Of a stretch of 64,000 bases of DNA, positions 1 through 14,290 are shown one piece after another. This stretch comes from Polyangiales bacterium (GTDB lineage: Bacteria; Myxococcota_A; Polyangia; Polyangiales; Ga0077539). The translations under genes and the position numbers were made by a program. Where the stretch lies: positions 1 through 64,000 of the forward strand of contig JBGARZ010000024.1 in NCBI GenBank assembly GCA_044229975.1, given 5' to 3'. Position 1 is the first letter of the stretch; each line of letters opens with the position of its first letter. The notes beneath the pieces are model-generated. The model had not been told where the DNA came from and searched no databases. It worked only from the letters and a program-made list of their open reading frames with translations.

Positions 1-4746
<4,746 letters not shown>

Positions 4747-4752
4747 CCGCCC

Positions 4753-4770
4753 CGCCCACACGGGTGGGCG
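4753..4770 (+). terminator. GC-rich hairpin after the giant ORF
   Basis: cgcccac-acgg-gtgggcg, a 7-bp stem 6 nt after the stop. The U-tract is weak. Confidence 0.4.
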
Positions 4771-4938
4771 AAGCGTTTCCGGGGGAGCCCCGCAACGATT
4801 GCAGACGCTCGCTTCAGCCGCGGCGCGAGCGGTGCATCGGGTCGATCGGTGGCATCATCAAAGGCCGTGGTACCTCACGCGGTACCAGTCCGTTGGCCCC
4901 GTGAAATCCCTGATGAACCCCGTACAGGTCGTTGACCG

Positions 4939-7900
4939 ATGACCCGCCTGAAGGTGCTCGACGCCTCGCCCGCGCCTCGCGTCGCGTCGCGCCCGTCGCG
5001 CGTCGCGCTCATCAGCCTCACCACGTTCTGCAACGCGCGCTGCCCCTTCTGCTGCGTGCTCGACATCCTCAACCGACCGGAGCTCAACCCCTCGGACGAG
5101 AAGATTCTCGAGCGCATGGCCGAGGCCCGCGCGGAGGGCTGCACCATCCTCGGCTTCACCGGCGGTGAGCCCACGGTGCACCCGCGCTTCGCGGAGTTCT
5201 GCCGACGCGGTCGTGAGCTCGGCTACGAGTCCATCACGATCAACACCAACGGCATCCAGTTCAAGAACCGCGCGTGGACCGAGGCCGCGCTCGAAGCCGG
5301 GCTCTCGCACATCGACTTCTCCATCCACGGCGACTCCCCCGAGCTGCACGACGCCATGATGGATCGGCCGGGCGCCTTCGAGGCCTTCCGCCGCGGGATG
5401 AAGAACCTCCGCGAGCTCTCCGACCGCTACCACCCGGTGCTCGGCACCACCACCGTGGTCACCGCACGCAACGCCCCGCGGCTCGCCTCCATCGCCTCGC
5501 TGCTCATGGACGAGGGCGTCCCCACGCTGCGCTTCAAGCACTGCTTCGAGGGCGCCGAGGGGGCCGACGTCACGCTCGTCGCCCGCTACGCCGACCTCAT
5601 GGGCCACGTGCGCGAGGCCGTTCGTACCGTGCGCGCGCGCGGCGCCATGGTGAGCGTCACGCACTTCCCGCTGTGCCTGCTCGGCGACGAGGCCGTCTTC
5701 GCCACCGACCTCACCGAAGAAGACATCCTCTCCATCAATCGCGACGGCGAGGTGCTCGTCGACGGTCGCGCGTCGGACCACCGCCGCGGCGCCGCCTCGG
5801 TGTGCGAGAACTGCTCCCTCGCGCCGGCGTGCACCAAGCTCGATCGCCGCTACGTCGCCGTCCACGGTGAGTCGGAGCTGCGACCCGTCGTCGGTCGCGC
5901 GGCGCTCAAGGACTTCCTCTACGCCGGGCTCGCGCACCACCGCGGCGAGCCCATGCAGTCCCACGTCCGAAGGTTTCTCGGGGCCACTGAGGTCGCGGCC
6001 GAAGCGCAACGCCCCTCGCTGCTCGTTCCAGGGAGCGATTCCATGAACATCGGTTTCATCAGTCCGACGTTTCGCGTGCTCGAGATGAACTGGGAGCACG
6101 ACTACGAGATGGTGAAGCTCGGGGTGCCCACCGTGATGGGCCACCTCTACCGCCTCGGCCACCGCGACATGGAGCACTGGGACTTCGACGCGCAGATCTG
6201 CGAAGCCTGCGCCGAAGACCCCGACGCCTTCGACCTGCGGCAGTACTTCGACCAGGCCCTCGTCACCGGCTTCCTCAAGGGCACCGACGACTCGCTGCGC
6301 GCGCAGACCGAGAAGCTCCTCGACGTCATGGGCGTCACCGAGAAGACCATCTTCGGCATCTCGCTCTCGGCCGTGCTCGACCGCATCGTCAACGTCATGG
6401 CCCTCGCCGCCGTCGGGCAGTGCATGGCCAAGGTGCTGCGCGAGCGCTACCCCAGGTGCGCCATCATCATCGGCGGCCTCCAGGCGTCGCCCGACAGCAC
6501 GCAGCCCGCCATCTACAAGCAGATCATGGAGGAGTGCCCGGCCATCGACTTCGCCTTCGTCGGGCACGTCGAGGTCATCACCATCCAGACGTTTCGCAAC
6601 ATCTGGAACGGCGACCGCAAGCGCAACCGCATGCTCGGACCGCGCGTTCTCTATCGCGACGACGACGGCACCGTGCGCTTCGGCGTCGATGGTGACGCGG
6701 GCGTCGGCGACGACGTGCTGACCCTCCAGGGGCTGCGGAAGGGCGTTCCGGAGCACACCAACATCGGCGCCAACGCCATGGCCGCTGCGGGCGGGCTCAC
6801 CGACTCCGTCATCGCCGCGTCGAGCCTCACCAAGCGGCGCATGGTCATCGACGGCGTGCAGCACGTGGCCGCGCCCGTCGACTCCAAGGCGGGCGACTTC
6901 GAGCGCACCGACCTGAGCGCGAAGGAAGCCGGCGACCACTCCTACGACACCATCCCCGCCGCGGTGCCGGTGTTCGATCCGAAGCTCGTGAACCTCTTCC
7001 GCTACTCGGGGCGGCAGATCATGAAGCGCTTCCACTTCGACCGCGAGACGATGCTCAAGTACTCGCGCTTCGAGGACGACAAGATCGTCGTGCTGCCGCA
7101 CATCTTCATCCGCGGCTGCAACGCGCCCTGCGGCTTCTGCTCGTACGCGTACACGAAGATCGAAGGCGAAGACCTCGCGCAGACCGTCGCGGGCCTGAAG
7201 TTTCTTTCAGAGACCTACGACTGCAAGCACTTCCACTTCCTCAATACGCAGATCAACTCCGTCTACAAATACGCGGAGATGTTCTGCGATGCGCTCATCG
7301 ACCAGAAGCTCGACCTGCTCTGGTCGGACTGCTGCAACATGCGCTCGCTCGACGAACACCTGCTCGAGAAGATGCAGAAGTCGGGGGCCATGCGGCTCGT
7401 GTTCGGCGTGGAGTCTCCCGAAGACTCCATGCTCCGCATGATCAACAAGGGGATGAACACCGAGACCATCGAGCGGCTCCTCAAGGCCAGCCACGAGCTC
7501 GGCATCTGGAACCACGTGCTGCTCATCGCCGGCATGCCCCATGAGACCAAGCCCAAGCAGGATCGGATCATGGAGTTCCTGGAGCGGACGGCCCCGACCG
7601 TCGACTTCTACTCGGTGTCCTCCTACTACCTGATCGCCACTTCGCCTTGGGGGAAGAACCCCGAGAAGTTCGGCATCGAGCGCATCACCGACTCGGCGGC
7701 CTTCCTCGAAGACCAGGCCTTCAACGAGATTCCGGGCGGGCGCTGGGAGAGCGAGGGCCTCCAGTGGCCCGAGAAGAAGAAGCAGATCGTCGAGTCGACG
7801 CAGCGCTTCTACAAGACCATCACCGCGGCCAAAGGGCAGTCGCGCAGCGTCGCGGGCAACATCGACCTGTACCTGTTGATGTTCCTGTACCGGGCGCTCG

Positions 7901-8481
7901 GGCACGGGCGGAAGGCCGAGATCAGCAAGCTCTACCTGGAGACCGCGAAGACCATCTTCCCGGGACAAGGCCCCGCCGCAGGGTCGAACTCCGCCGACGG
8001 ACCCAACGTGGAGCCCGCCGCTGAGTCCATGCCACGCAACCGCTTCCGCGTGAACATCCCGTACATCCTCGGCCGCGTGAACGAGGCCGATCAGTTCTCG
8101 CTCGTGAACGTGCCCATCGACTTCGACGTGTTTCCGCACGCCTCCGGGCAGCGCGGCTTCGTCAGCTCGGCGCGGTACACGTTCACCTGGCGCAGCCCCG
8201 CGCTCCAGAGCCTCAACGACCGCACCACGCACCAGACCCGCAAGCAGCTCGCCGACAACCTCCCGCAGCTCGCCGCGCAGCTCGTGAAGGTCATCGGGCC
8301 GTTTCTCCAGGCGCTCGACGGTCGCCTCGCGCCCACCACGCCCGAGCGGATGGCCGAGCTCGCGTCCATCAACCTCCCTCGCTACAAGCCCTTCACCAAC
8401 GAGGGCTACACCGTCTACGGACCGCCCACGCAGCGCAACATCATGGAGCGCAACCTCGAATGGAGCGGCCTCAACGGCTGA
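4939..8481 (+). CDS. Double radical SAM protein: N-terminal HxsC-like rSAM, cobalamin-binding-like domain, class B-like rSAM, C-terminal accessory domain
   Basis: The first domain has CNARCPFC, GGEP, an FPLC motif and a CENCSLAPAC tail. The second has IIIGG, CNAPCGFC, FGVES and SPWGKNPEKFGI. Confidence 0.88.
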   Translation: MTRLKVLDASPAPRVASRPSRVALISLTTFCNARCPFCCVLDILNRPELNPSDEKILERMAEARAEGCTILGFTGGEPTVHPRFAEFCRRGRELGYESITINTNGIQFKNRAWTEAALEAGLSHIDFSIHGDSPELHDAMMDRPGAFEAFRRGMKNLRELSDRYHPVLGTTTVVTARNAPRLASIASLLMDEGVPTLRFKHCFEGAEGADVTLVARYADLMGHVREAVRTVRARGAMVSVTHFPLCLLGDEAVFATDLTEEDILSINRDGEVLVDGRASDHRRGAASVCENCSLAPACTKLDRRYVAVHGESELRPVVGRAALKDFLYAGLAHHRGEPMQSHVRRFLGATEVAAEAQRPSLLVPGSDSMNIGFISPTFRVLEMNWEHDYEMVKLGVPTVMGHLYRLGHRDMEHWDFDAQICEACAEDPDAFDLRQYFDQALVTGFLKGTDDSLRAQTEKLLDVMGVTEKTIFGISLSAVLDRIVNVMALAAVGQCMAKVLRERYPRCAIIIGGLQASPDSTQPAIYKQIMEECPAIDFAFVGHVEVITIQTFRNIWNGDRKRNRMLGPRVLYRDDDGTVRFGVDGDAGVGDDVLTLQGLRKGVPEHTNIGANAMAAAGGLTDSVIAASSLTKRRMVIDGVQHVAAPVDSKAGDFERTDLSAKEAGDHSYDTIPAAVPVFDPKLVNLFRYSGRQIMKRFHFDRETMLKYSRFEDDKIVVLPHIFIRGCNAPCGFCSYAYTKIEGEDLAQTVAGLKFLSETYDCKHFHFLNTQINSVYKYAEMFCDALIDQKLDLLWSDCCNMRSLDEHLLEKMQKSGAMRLVFGVESPEDSMLRMINKGMNTETIERLLKASHELGIWNHVLLIAGMPHETKPKQDRIMEFLERTAPTVDFYSVSSYYLIATSPWGKNPEKFGIERITDSAAFLEDQAFNEIPGGRWESEGLQWPEKKKQIVESTQRFYKTITAAKGQSRSVAGNIDLYLLMFLYRALGHGRKAEISKLYLETAKTIFPGQGPAAGSNSADGPNVEPAAESMPRNRFRVNIPYILGRVNEADQFSLVNVPIDFDVFPHASGQRGFVSSARYTFTWRSPALQSLNDRTTHQTRKQLADNLPQLAAQLVKVIGPFLQALDGRLAPTTPERMAELASINLPRYKPFTNEGYTVYGPPTQRNIMERNLEWSGLNG

Positions 8482-8487
8482 CGGTCG

Positions 8488-9135
8488 CTACCGACGCTGC
8501 GCCGGCCCAGGGCCCACCGTGGCGGTCGAGGTCGGCAGCGCAGCGTCGGCCGGAGGCGTTCCGCGGGGCGGCGGGAGCAGCGTCGTGGTCGTCGGGTCGT
8601 CGCCCACGCTCAGGCCGGGCGGCGCCGGGCGGTCGAGGTGCGCGCGGAGGCTGCGCACGAGCGCGTCGGTGAGCGCGGCCGTGGTCTGCGCCGAGGGCCC
8701 CGGCGTCCAGATGTACACCGCGTAGGGGCCGGCGCGCTGGGCCTCGCGGTCGGGGCGCGACAAGCCGATGGCGAAGCCGAAGCGATCGCCGCCGATGCGG
8801 AGGCCGACGTGGATGAGCCCGTGATGCACGGCGCTGATGTTCACCACCTCGGCGCCCCCGAGGGTGCCGCCGACGGTGATGGGCGCCAGAAACGCCAGCA
8901 CCTGGGGAGAGGCCGGCGGAGGATTGACGCTGTCGTAGGGGTGGGTGGCGACGGGCTGCGCCGGCGGGGCGGGCACCCAGTGGTGTCCGCGAACGAGCGA
9001 GCCCGGCGCGCGCAGCCAGCGCGAGATGCGCGGGCGCAGCGCGAAGCCGATGGCGGCCAGCAGCACGAGCGCCACGAGCAGCTTTGGCCAGAGGGGCGCG
9101 GAGGCGGCCTTGGGCTCAGGGTCGGTCGTGCTCAT
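8488..9135 (-). CDS. Single-TM membrane-anchored hypothetical protein (215 aa)
   Basis: MSTTDPEPKAASAPLWPKLLVALVLLAAIGFAL... The upstream extension of the track ORF overlaps the opposite-strand gene and was trimmed. A TACCAT box lies 5 nt before the ATG. Confidence 0.7.
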   Translation of the reverse strand: MSTTDPEPKAASAPLWPKLLVALVLLAAIGFALRPRISRWLRAPGSLVRGHHWVPAPPAQPVATHPYDSVNPPPASPQVLAFLAPITVGGTLGGAEVVNISAVHHGLIHVGLRIGGDRFGFAIGLSRPDREAQRAGPYAVYIWTPGPSAQTTAALTDALVRSLRAHLDRPAPPGLSVGDDPTTTTLLPPPRGTPPADAALPTSTATVGPGPAQRR

Positions 9136-9189
9136 CGAGGATGGTATGTACCGCAGACGGGTGCGTCTGCGTGCGGCCCCGCGTGAGAG

Positions 9190-10044
9190 GTGACAGAGCC
9201 CGTGGACGCCGAGTGGATCGCCTTCGCCGCCGGACTGAAGCCCGCGATCCGACGCACCGCCGACCCGGCCGACCTCGATCGGGTGGAGGCGCAGCTCCGC
9301 GCGAGCGGTGGCGCCGACGTGGTGGTGCTGCGCGCGAGGGAGACGGCGCTGTTCGGCGCGAGGGAGCAGGCGGTGCTCTACGTGGCCCGGTCGCGCGATC
9401 ACGCCGAGGCGCTGCGGGAAGCGGAGGAGGGTGTTCTGTCGGGGCGCGAGCAGGCACCCGATGGTCGGGCGCGACACGCCACCATCGGGCGGCTGCTGGG
9501 CTTCCCAGCGTGCTGTGTCGAGGCGTTTCTGGTGAGGCTCGACCGCGGCGTCGACCGGCTCGAAGCGGGAGGCATCAGCGGGCTCGCGGAGGACTACGTC
9601 GCGCTGCGCAGCGCCTGGGTGGCGGAGGCCGACGCGCGGGTGAACCCGCTGCTCATGGGGGTGCGGGCGCAGCTCGTGTCGTTCTATCCGTGCCGGTACG
9701 ACTGCCCTGAGGCGGTGGCGCGGGCGGAGGGCGTGCGCGCCGTGGTAGCAGCGCGGCAACCGAAGACCGCGGCTTCGCTCATGGGGTTGCTCTCGCGCCC
9801 GGTGGTCGTGACGCCGGATGGGGCGCGGGCGCTGGTGGCGCTGGATGACGCGCGGGTGGTGGAGCGCGCGGCGGCACCGCGGCGACCCGATGGCGGGAGC
9901 AACCCGCGGGACGTCGCGCTGGCCGAGACGCTGACCGGGCAGAGGGTGAAGGACACGGGAGAGGTGGAGGGAGAGCTGACGCGCGGACTGCCGGCGTGGT
10001 GCGTGGACTTCGGGGGCGTGTCCCTGCGGTCGGAGTTCCGCTAA
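9190..10044 (+). CDS. DUF483-like Cys-motif protein
   Basis: WIAFAAGLKPAIR...GRLLGFPACCVEAF...NPL...FYPCRYDC. The same domain occurs in 10055-12652 and 19047-20543. Confidence 0.7.
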   Translation: MTEPVDAEWIAFAAGLKPAIRRTADPADLDRVEAQLRASGGADVVVLRARETALFGAREQAVLYVARSRDHAEALREAEEGVLSGREQAPDGRARHATIGRLLGFPACCVEAFLVRLDRGVDRLEAGGISGLAEDYVALRSAWVAEADARVNPLLMGVRAQLVSFYPCRYDCPEAVARAEGVRAVVAARQPKTAASLMGLLSRPVVVTPDGARALVALDDARVVERAAAPRRPDGGSNPRDVALAETLTGQRVKDTGEVEGELTRGLPAWCVDFGGVSLRSEFR

Positions 10045-10054
10045 GACACCGGGC

Positions 10055-12652
10055 ATGGACGAACCCGCGGTGGCGATCCTGCTGTTTCAGGTCGCGCAGA
10101 GCCGGAACTTCATCCACGACGACCTCATCCCCGCGTTTTCCGCGGCGCTCTCGGCCCGCGGCGTCGGCAACGAGCTCTTCGAGACCACGCTCCCCGCCAT
10201 CGACGCCGCCGACGCGGCCGACCTCTCCGCCGTCGATGCGCTCGCCGATCGCCTCCGCGGGCGCTACCGGGTCTGCGGCTACGTCCGCCTCTGGAGCGAG
10301 GCCGTCTTCCAGCGCCTGCGCTCGCTGCTCCCGGGCGTCACCTGGGTCTACCTCGGTGACCCGCGCGTGGCCTTCCCGGGCACCGATCACGCGCTGCCGC
10401 TCACCCAGGTCGAGTCCTTCGCGGCCGTCACGCGCGCCGTGCTCGCGGGCGATCCCGTCACCGACGCGATGCTCGCGCTGCCCCACACCGAGCTCACCCG
10501 CGCCCACGCGCAGGACAACCTCGTGCGCATCGGCGTCGGCGCCCGGAAGCGACCCGATCGGCCCGCCGTCGTGCACGGCAGCGCCGGGTGCGCCTACGGC
10601 CAGAGCGTGCTGGAGAACCCACACTTCGCGGGCGTTCCGTTTCCCGACGAGAAGGTCGTGCTGAAGGGGTGCAGCTTCTGCGCGACGGGCGGCATCCCGC
10701 GTCGGCCCGCCGGGGAGGTGCTCGCGTCGGTGCTCGCGCAGCTCGACAACCTCCTCGACCACGAGCCCGAGACGGCGCGCATCCAGCTCAACGACCAGAA
10801 CCCCTTTCCCTATCTCGTGCAGTTCATCGAGCGGTTGGGCGCTCGCGCCACGCAGCCCATGGAAGTGCTTATCGAAACGAGGGCCGATTGGTTCCTCGGG
10901 TCGATGGTGGTGATGGAGCGGGCGCTCCAGGCGGCGGAGCGGCACGGGCACCGGATTCTGTTGTTCCTGGTGGGCCTCGAAAGCCTCTCGCAGAAGGACC
11001 TCGACCTCTACAACAAGGGCGTCACCGTCGAGCAGAACGAGCGCACCGTGCTGGAGTGCCGACGCCTCCGCCGTCGCTACCCCAAGAGCTACTCGGACAC
11101 GCCCGCGGCCTTCGGGTTCATCCTCTACAACCCGTGGACCGAGCTCACGGACATCACCCTCAACCTCGACACCGCCGAGCGCATCGGGCTCCAGGAATTC
11201 CGCGGCCAGGTCACGCGCGCCAAGCTGCGGCTCTACCCCGACACCGCGCTCTTCTACAAAGCGAAGCACGAGGGGCTGCTCGCCGATCGCTTCCCCTACG
11301 AAGCGATGGATTCGGCGCGGCGCTATGGCTACGAAGCGGAGGTTCCGTGGCGCTTCGCGCGGCGCGAGACCGACCGCGCGTACGGCGTGCACGACGCCAT
11401 CTTCCGCACCGTCGGCAAGCACGAGGAGGTGCGCATGCTCCGCGAGATCGTGCGCTTCCTCGAACGCCGTCCCGACCGCTGGGACGACACGGTGCCCGTC
11501 CTCGCGCGCGACATCGTCCGCTCGCTCGGGTCGCGCTTCCAACGCGACATCCTCCACGGCGCGCCGATGCCCGCACCGTCGCGCGCACCATCGTCATCGG
11601 GGTCGTCCAACGCGCGGTCCACGGAGCCGGGGGTCACTCCGCTCGCGGTCGATGATCGCGCCGGGTGGCAGCGAGCGAGCGACGCCGCGCGAGAAGCACG
11701 AACCCCCGCCGACGTGCTGCGAGCGGCGGGCTTCGAGGCGCCCGATGACCTGCCCAGCGAGCTGCCCGCGATGGCGGTGGATCCGTGGCGGGTGGACGTT
11801 CCGCGGCTGGAGCTGATGGCCTACGAGCACGGCATCAAAGCCGGGCTCTACCTCACGCTCCCGCGCGCCGAGGCCGACGCCATCGCCGCGCGCTTCGGCG
11901 ACGGCCACCACATGACCCGCGTGGACTACCTCTTCGCCCACGACGCCGTCACCGACGTGCGCCGCCGCGCGCCCGCCGCGCCCGGCGAGGGCACCCACGT
12001 GGACCTCTTCATCGCGCGCGATGCGGCCGTCGTCGAGCGCGCCCGCGTCATCTACGAAGACCCCCGCGGCCCCAGCGAACACCTCGCCGAGATGGGCGCC
12101 ATGCTCGGCTATCCGCCGTGCTGCGTGGCGGCCTTTGCGGCGCTGCCCGACCGCTCCAACAACACGGCCATCCGCTACGCCGCCGTCGCGCGAACGCGGG
12201 CGCAGGGGCTGCCCTTCGCGCCGGTGCTCAACAACCTCTTCGCGTACGTGCTGCCGTCGTTTCCGTGCTCGTACGGGTGCCCGCATGCGATCGCGCAGGC
12301 CGAGGCGGTGCTGGCGATGTTGGAGCGCGTTCAGCCGGAGACGGCGGCGACGCTGCGGAAGGCGCTCGCGCGGCCGGTGCTGTTCGTCGACCACGCGCGG
12401 CTCGTGGTGCTGGAGGGCGCGCGGCAGGACGGCGACGTGGTGCGCTACTCGGGCGCGCTGGGCGGCGTCTCGCCGACGGACGATCGGGCCGTGCGCGATG
12501 GCTTCGAGCGGGCGATGGGCGCGGTGCTCGCGCGGGGCGACGGGCTGCGCGTGACGGCGAGCGGTTTGGAGGTCTTGCGCGGGGGAGAGCGGGCTGTGTG
12601 GTTGCCGCGGCGGGCGCCGGGGCTCGGGGTGCTGGCGCCGTTCGGGCTGTAG
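10055..12652 (+). CDS. Radical SAM protein with non-canonical CX26CX2C motif, fused to a C-terminal DUF483-like domain
   Basis: GC-AYG...LKG-CSFC, VGLESLS..DLDLYNKG and GFILYNPWT, followed by LGYPPCC...FPCSYGC. Confidence 0.8.
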   Translation: MDEPAVAILLFQVAQSRNFIHDDLIPAFSAALSARGVGNELFETTLPAIDAADAADLSAVDALADRLRGRYRVCGYVRLWSEAVFQRLRSLLPGVTWVYLGDPRVAFPGTDHALPLTQVESFAAVTRAVLAGDPVTDAMLALPHTELTRAHAQDNLVRIGVGARKRPDRPAVVHGSAGCAYGQSVLENPHFAGVPFPDEKVVLKGCSFCATGGIPRRPAGEVLASVLAQLDNLLDHEPETARIQLNDQNPFPYLVQFIERLGARATQPMEVLIETRADWFLGSMVVMERALQAAERHGHRILLFLVGLESLSQKDLDLYNKGVTVEQNERTVLECRRLRRRYPKSYSDTPAAFGFILYNPWTELTDITLNLDTAERIGLQEFRGQVTRAKLRLYPDTALFYKAKHEGLLADRFPYEAMDSARRYGYEAEVPWRFARRETDRAYGVHDAIFRTVGKHEEVRMLREIVRFLERRPDRWDDTVPVLARDIVRSLGSRFQRDILHGAPMPAPSRAPSSSGSSNARSTEPGVTPLAVDDRAGWQRASDAAREARTPADVLRAAGFEAPDDLPSELPAMAVDPWRVDVPRLELMAYEHGIKAGLYLTLPRAEADAIAARFGDGHHMTRVDYLFAHDAVTDVRRRAPAAPGEGTHVDLFIARDAAVVERARVIYEDPRGPSEHLAEMGAMLGYPPCCVAAFAALPDRSNNTAIRYAAVARTRAQGLPFAPVLNNLFAYVLPSFPCSYGCPHAIAQAEAVLAMLERVQPETAATLRKALARPVLFVDHARLVVLEGARQDGDVVRYSGALGGVSPTDDRAVRDGFERAMGAVLARGDGLRVTASGLEVLRGGERAVWLPRRAPGLGVLAPFGL

Positions 12653-12655
12653 GCG

Positions 12656-14260
12656 TCAGCGCGGGACGAGGCGGTACCAGCCGAGGCGCACCTGGCAGGG
12701 GCGGGCCCAGGGGCCTTCGAGGGTGAAGCCCGTCGGGTCGCCGGGGCACTGACGGTTGATCATCGTGCTGGTGACGGCCACCGTGCGGGTGACCTCCTCG
12801 ACGGGGACGAGGTCGAAGCGCGCGCGCAGGACGGCGAGGCGCTCTTCGTCGCGGAACAACCCGAGGTAGAGCCGCGCGCGGTCGCCGCCGAGGCGCTCGG
12901 GGCACGAGGCCAGGACGCGCTCGACGTCCCGCACGGCCAGCGGGGCGTGCGAGGCCTCGCAGGCGAGCGGCCAGGGGAGAGGGCCCGCGACGGTCGCCAG
13001 CGCCATGATCGGGTTGCCCTCGACGGCGAGGTTCGACAGCCCTTCGCCGTGGTTGCGGTTGGCCAGCAGCAGCGCCTCGCGGTGGCCGAGCACACGGCGC
13101 GTGGAGGCGCGGAGGTAGTCGAACTCGACGGCGAGGTCTTCCGCGCGGCGGAGCGTCGAGAAGTACAGGGGCAACGGCGCCAGCGCGATCGCGATCGGGA
13201 CCACGGCAAACCACTGGCGCCAGTAGCGCTCGGGCGTCCGTGCGAGGAGCCACTCGACGAAGGCCGCCGCGGCGACCGCGATGGGCGGGGCGAGCGAGAT
13301 GTAGTAGCGCCACTGCCCCCAGCGGGGGTTGGCCTCGGAGGCCATCGTCCAGTAGCTCGCGGCGAGCAGGGCGACGGTGAGCAGGAGGGCGAGGCGGAGG
13401 TTCCAGCGTGGGGCGGTGGGCAGGATGACCCCGGCGGCGGCGGCGTAGAGCCACCACACGGGCATCAGCGCGGCGCCCCGCAGGACGAGCGGGACGAAGC
13501 CGGCCGAGTGCCCCGACCGGATCAGGGTTCCGTGGTCGGGCACGAGCGCGGGCAGGTAGGCCGCGAAGCCGAGGAGCAGGCACGCCGCCAGCTGACCGCG
13601 CTCCTTCCACGTCCACCCGGGGCCGAGCACGACCGCCGCGAGCGGCACCACCAGCAGACGAAACTCCGGCCGCGCGTAGACCCCGAGCACCGTCAGCGCC
13701 GCCAGGATCACCGGACGCCACGGGGCGCCGACGCCGCCCGCCGCGGCCACGGCGAAGGCGGCGATCCAGAAGGGGGTTCCTTCGACGGCGAAGGTCAGCC
13801 CCGTGGAGTAGTGCAGGTGCGCCGGCCACGCGCAGAGGATCGCCGCCGCCAGCAGCGCGCCCGCCCGCTTGAGCCCGAAGCTCTGCGCCATCAGGTAGGT
13901 GGCAGCCACCGCCCCGGCGCCCGCGAGGGGGGGAGTCCAACGCAGCAGGGTGGCCACGCCGAGGCCCAGGCCGTGGAGCGCCGCGGCCAGCAGCGGCACC
14001 GTGGAGAAGTGCTGCGGGAGCTGCCCGGAGATGCCCCACAGGGCTTCGAGGCGCTCGCCGTCGGCGAAGTTGAGCGGCCCCCAGGGCAGCGCGACGCGCG
14101 GCACCAGCGCGGTGACGAACACCACCGGCAGCAGCCATCGCTCGACGGGAGAGCGCCACCACCAGCCCGCGCCGCGGGCGACGACCCAGGTCAGGGTCAC
14201 GGCCCAGGCGGCGGTCACCGCGACCGCGTCGGCGTTTTGGAGGAGGACGTTTTGCGCCAT
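12656..14260 (-). CDS. Polytopic membrane protein, GT-C (PMT/ArnT-like) glycosyltransferase-like
   Basis: About 10 hydrophobic segments, YARPE and WRYY motifs and a soluble C-terminal domain. Paralogous to 29026-31494 (C-termini VRLGWYRL vs VELGLYRI). Confidence 0.6.
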   Translation of the reverse strand: MAQNVLLQNADAVAVTAAWAVTLTWVVARGAGWWWRSPVERWLLPVVFVTALVPRVALPWGPLNFADGERLEALWGISGQLPQHFSTVPLLAAALHGLGLGVATLLRWTPPLAGAGAVAATYLMAQSFGLKRAGALLAAAILCAWPAHLHYSTGLTFAVEGTPFWIAAFAVAAAGGVGAPWRPVILAALTVLGVYARPEFRLLVVPLAAVVLGPGWTWKERGQLAACLLLGFAAYLPALVPDHGTLIRSGHSAGFVPLVLRGAALMPVWWLYAAAAGVILPTAPRWNLRLALLLTVALLAASYWTMASEANPRWGQWRYYISLAPPIAVAAAAFVEWLLARTPERYWRQWFAVVPIAIALAPLPLYFSTLRRAEDLAVEFDYLRASTRRVLGHREALLLANRNHGEGLSNLAVEGNPIMALATVAGPLPWPLACEASHAPLAVRDVERVLASCPERLGGDRARLYLGLFRDEERLAVLRARFDLVPVEEVTRTVAVTSTMINRQCPGDPTGFTLEGPWARPCQVRLGWYRLVPR

Positions 14261-14290
14261 CGAAGATGCGGCTTCGTGAGGGGGGGGGCG

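Noticed and set aside
4747..4938. Short RiPP precursor ORF or riboswitch upstream of the rSAM genes
   Set aside because: I found no convincing small ORF with a leader/core pattern and no recognisable cobalamin or SAM riboswitch consensus by eye. An Rfam search would be needed to exclude one.
8488..10056. 522-aa version of the minus-strand ORF
   Set aside because: Its first ~300 aa are the antisense of the DUF483-like gene. The credible protein starts at 9135.
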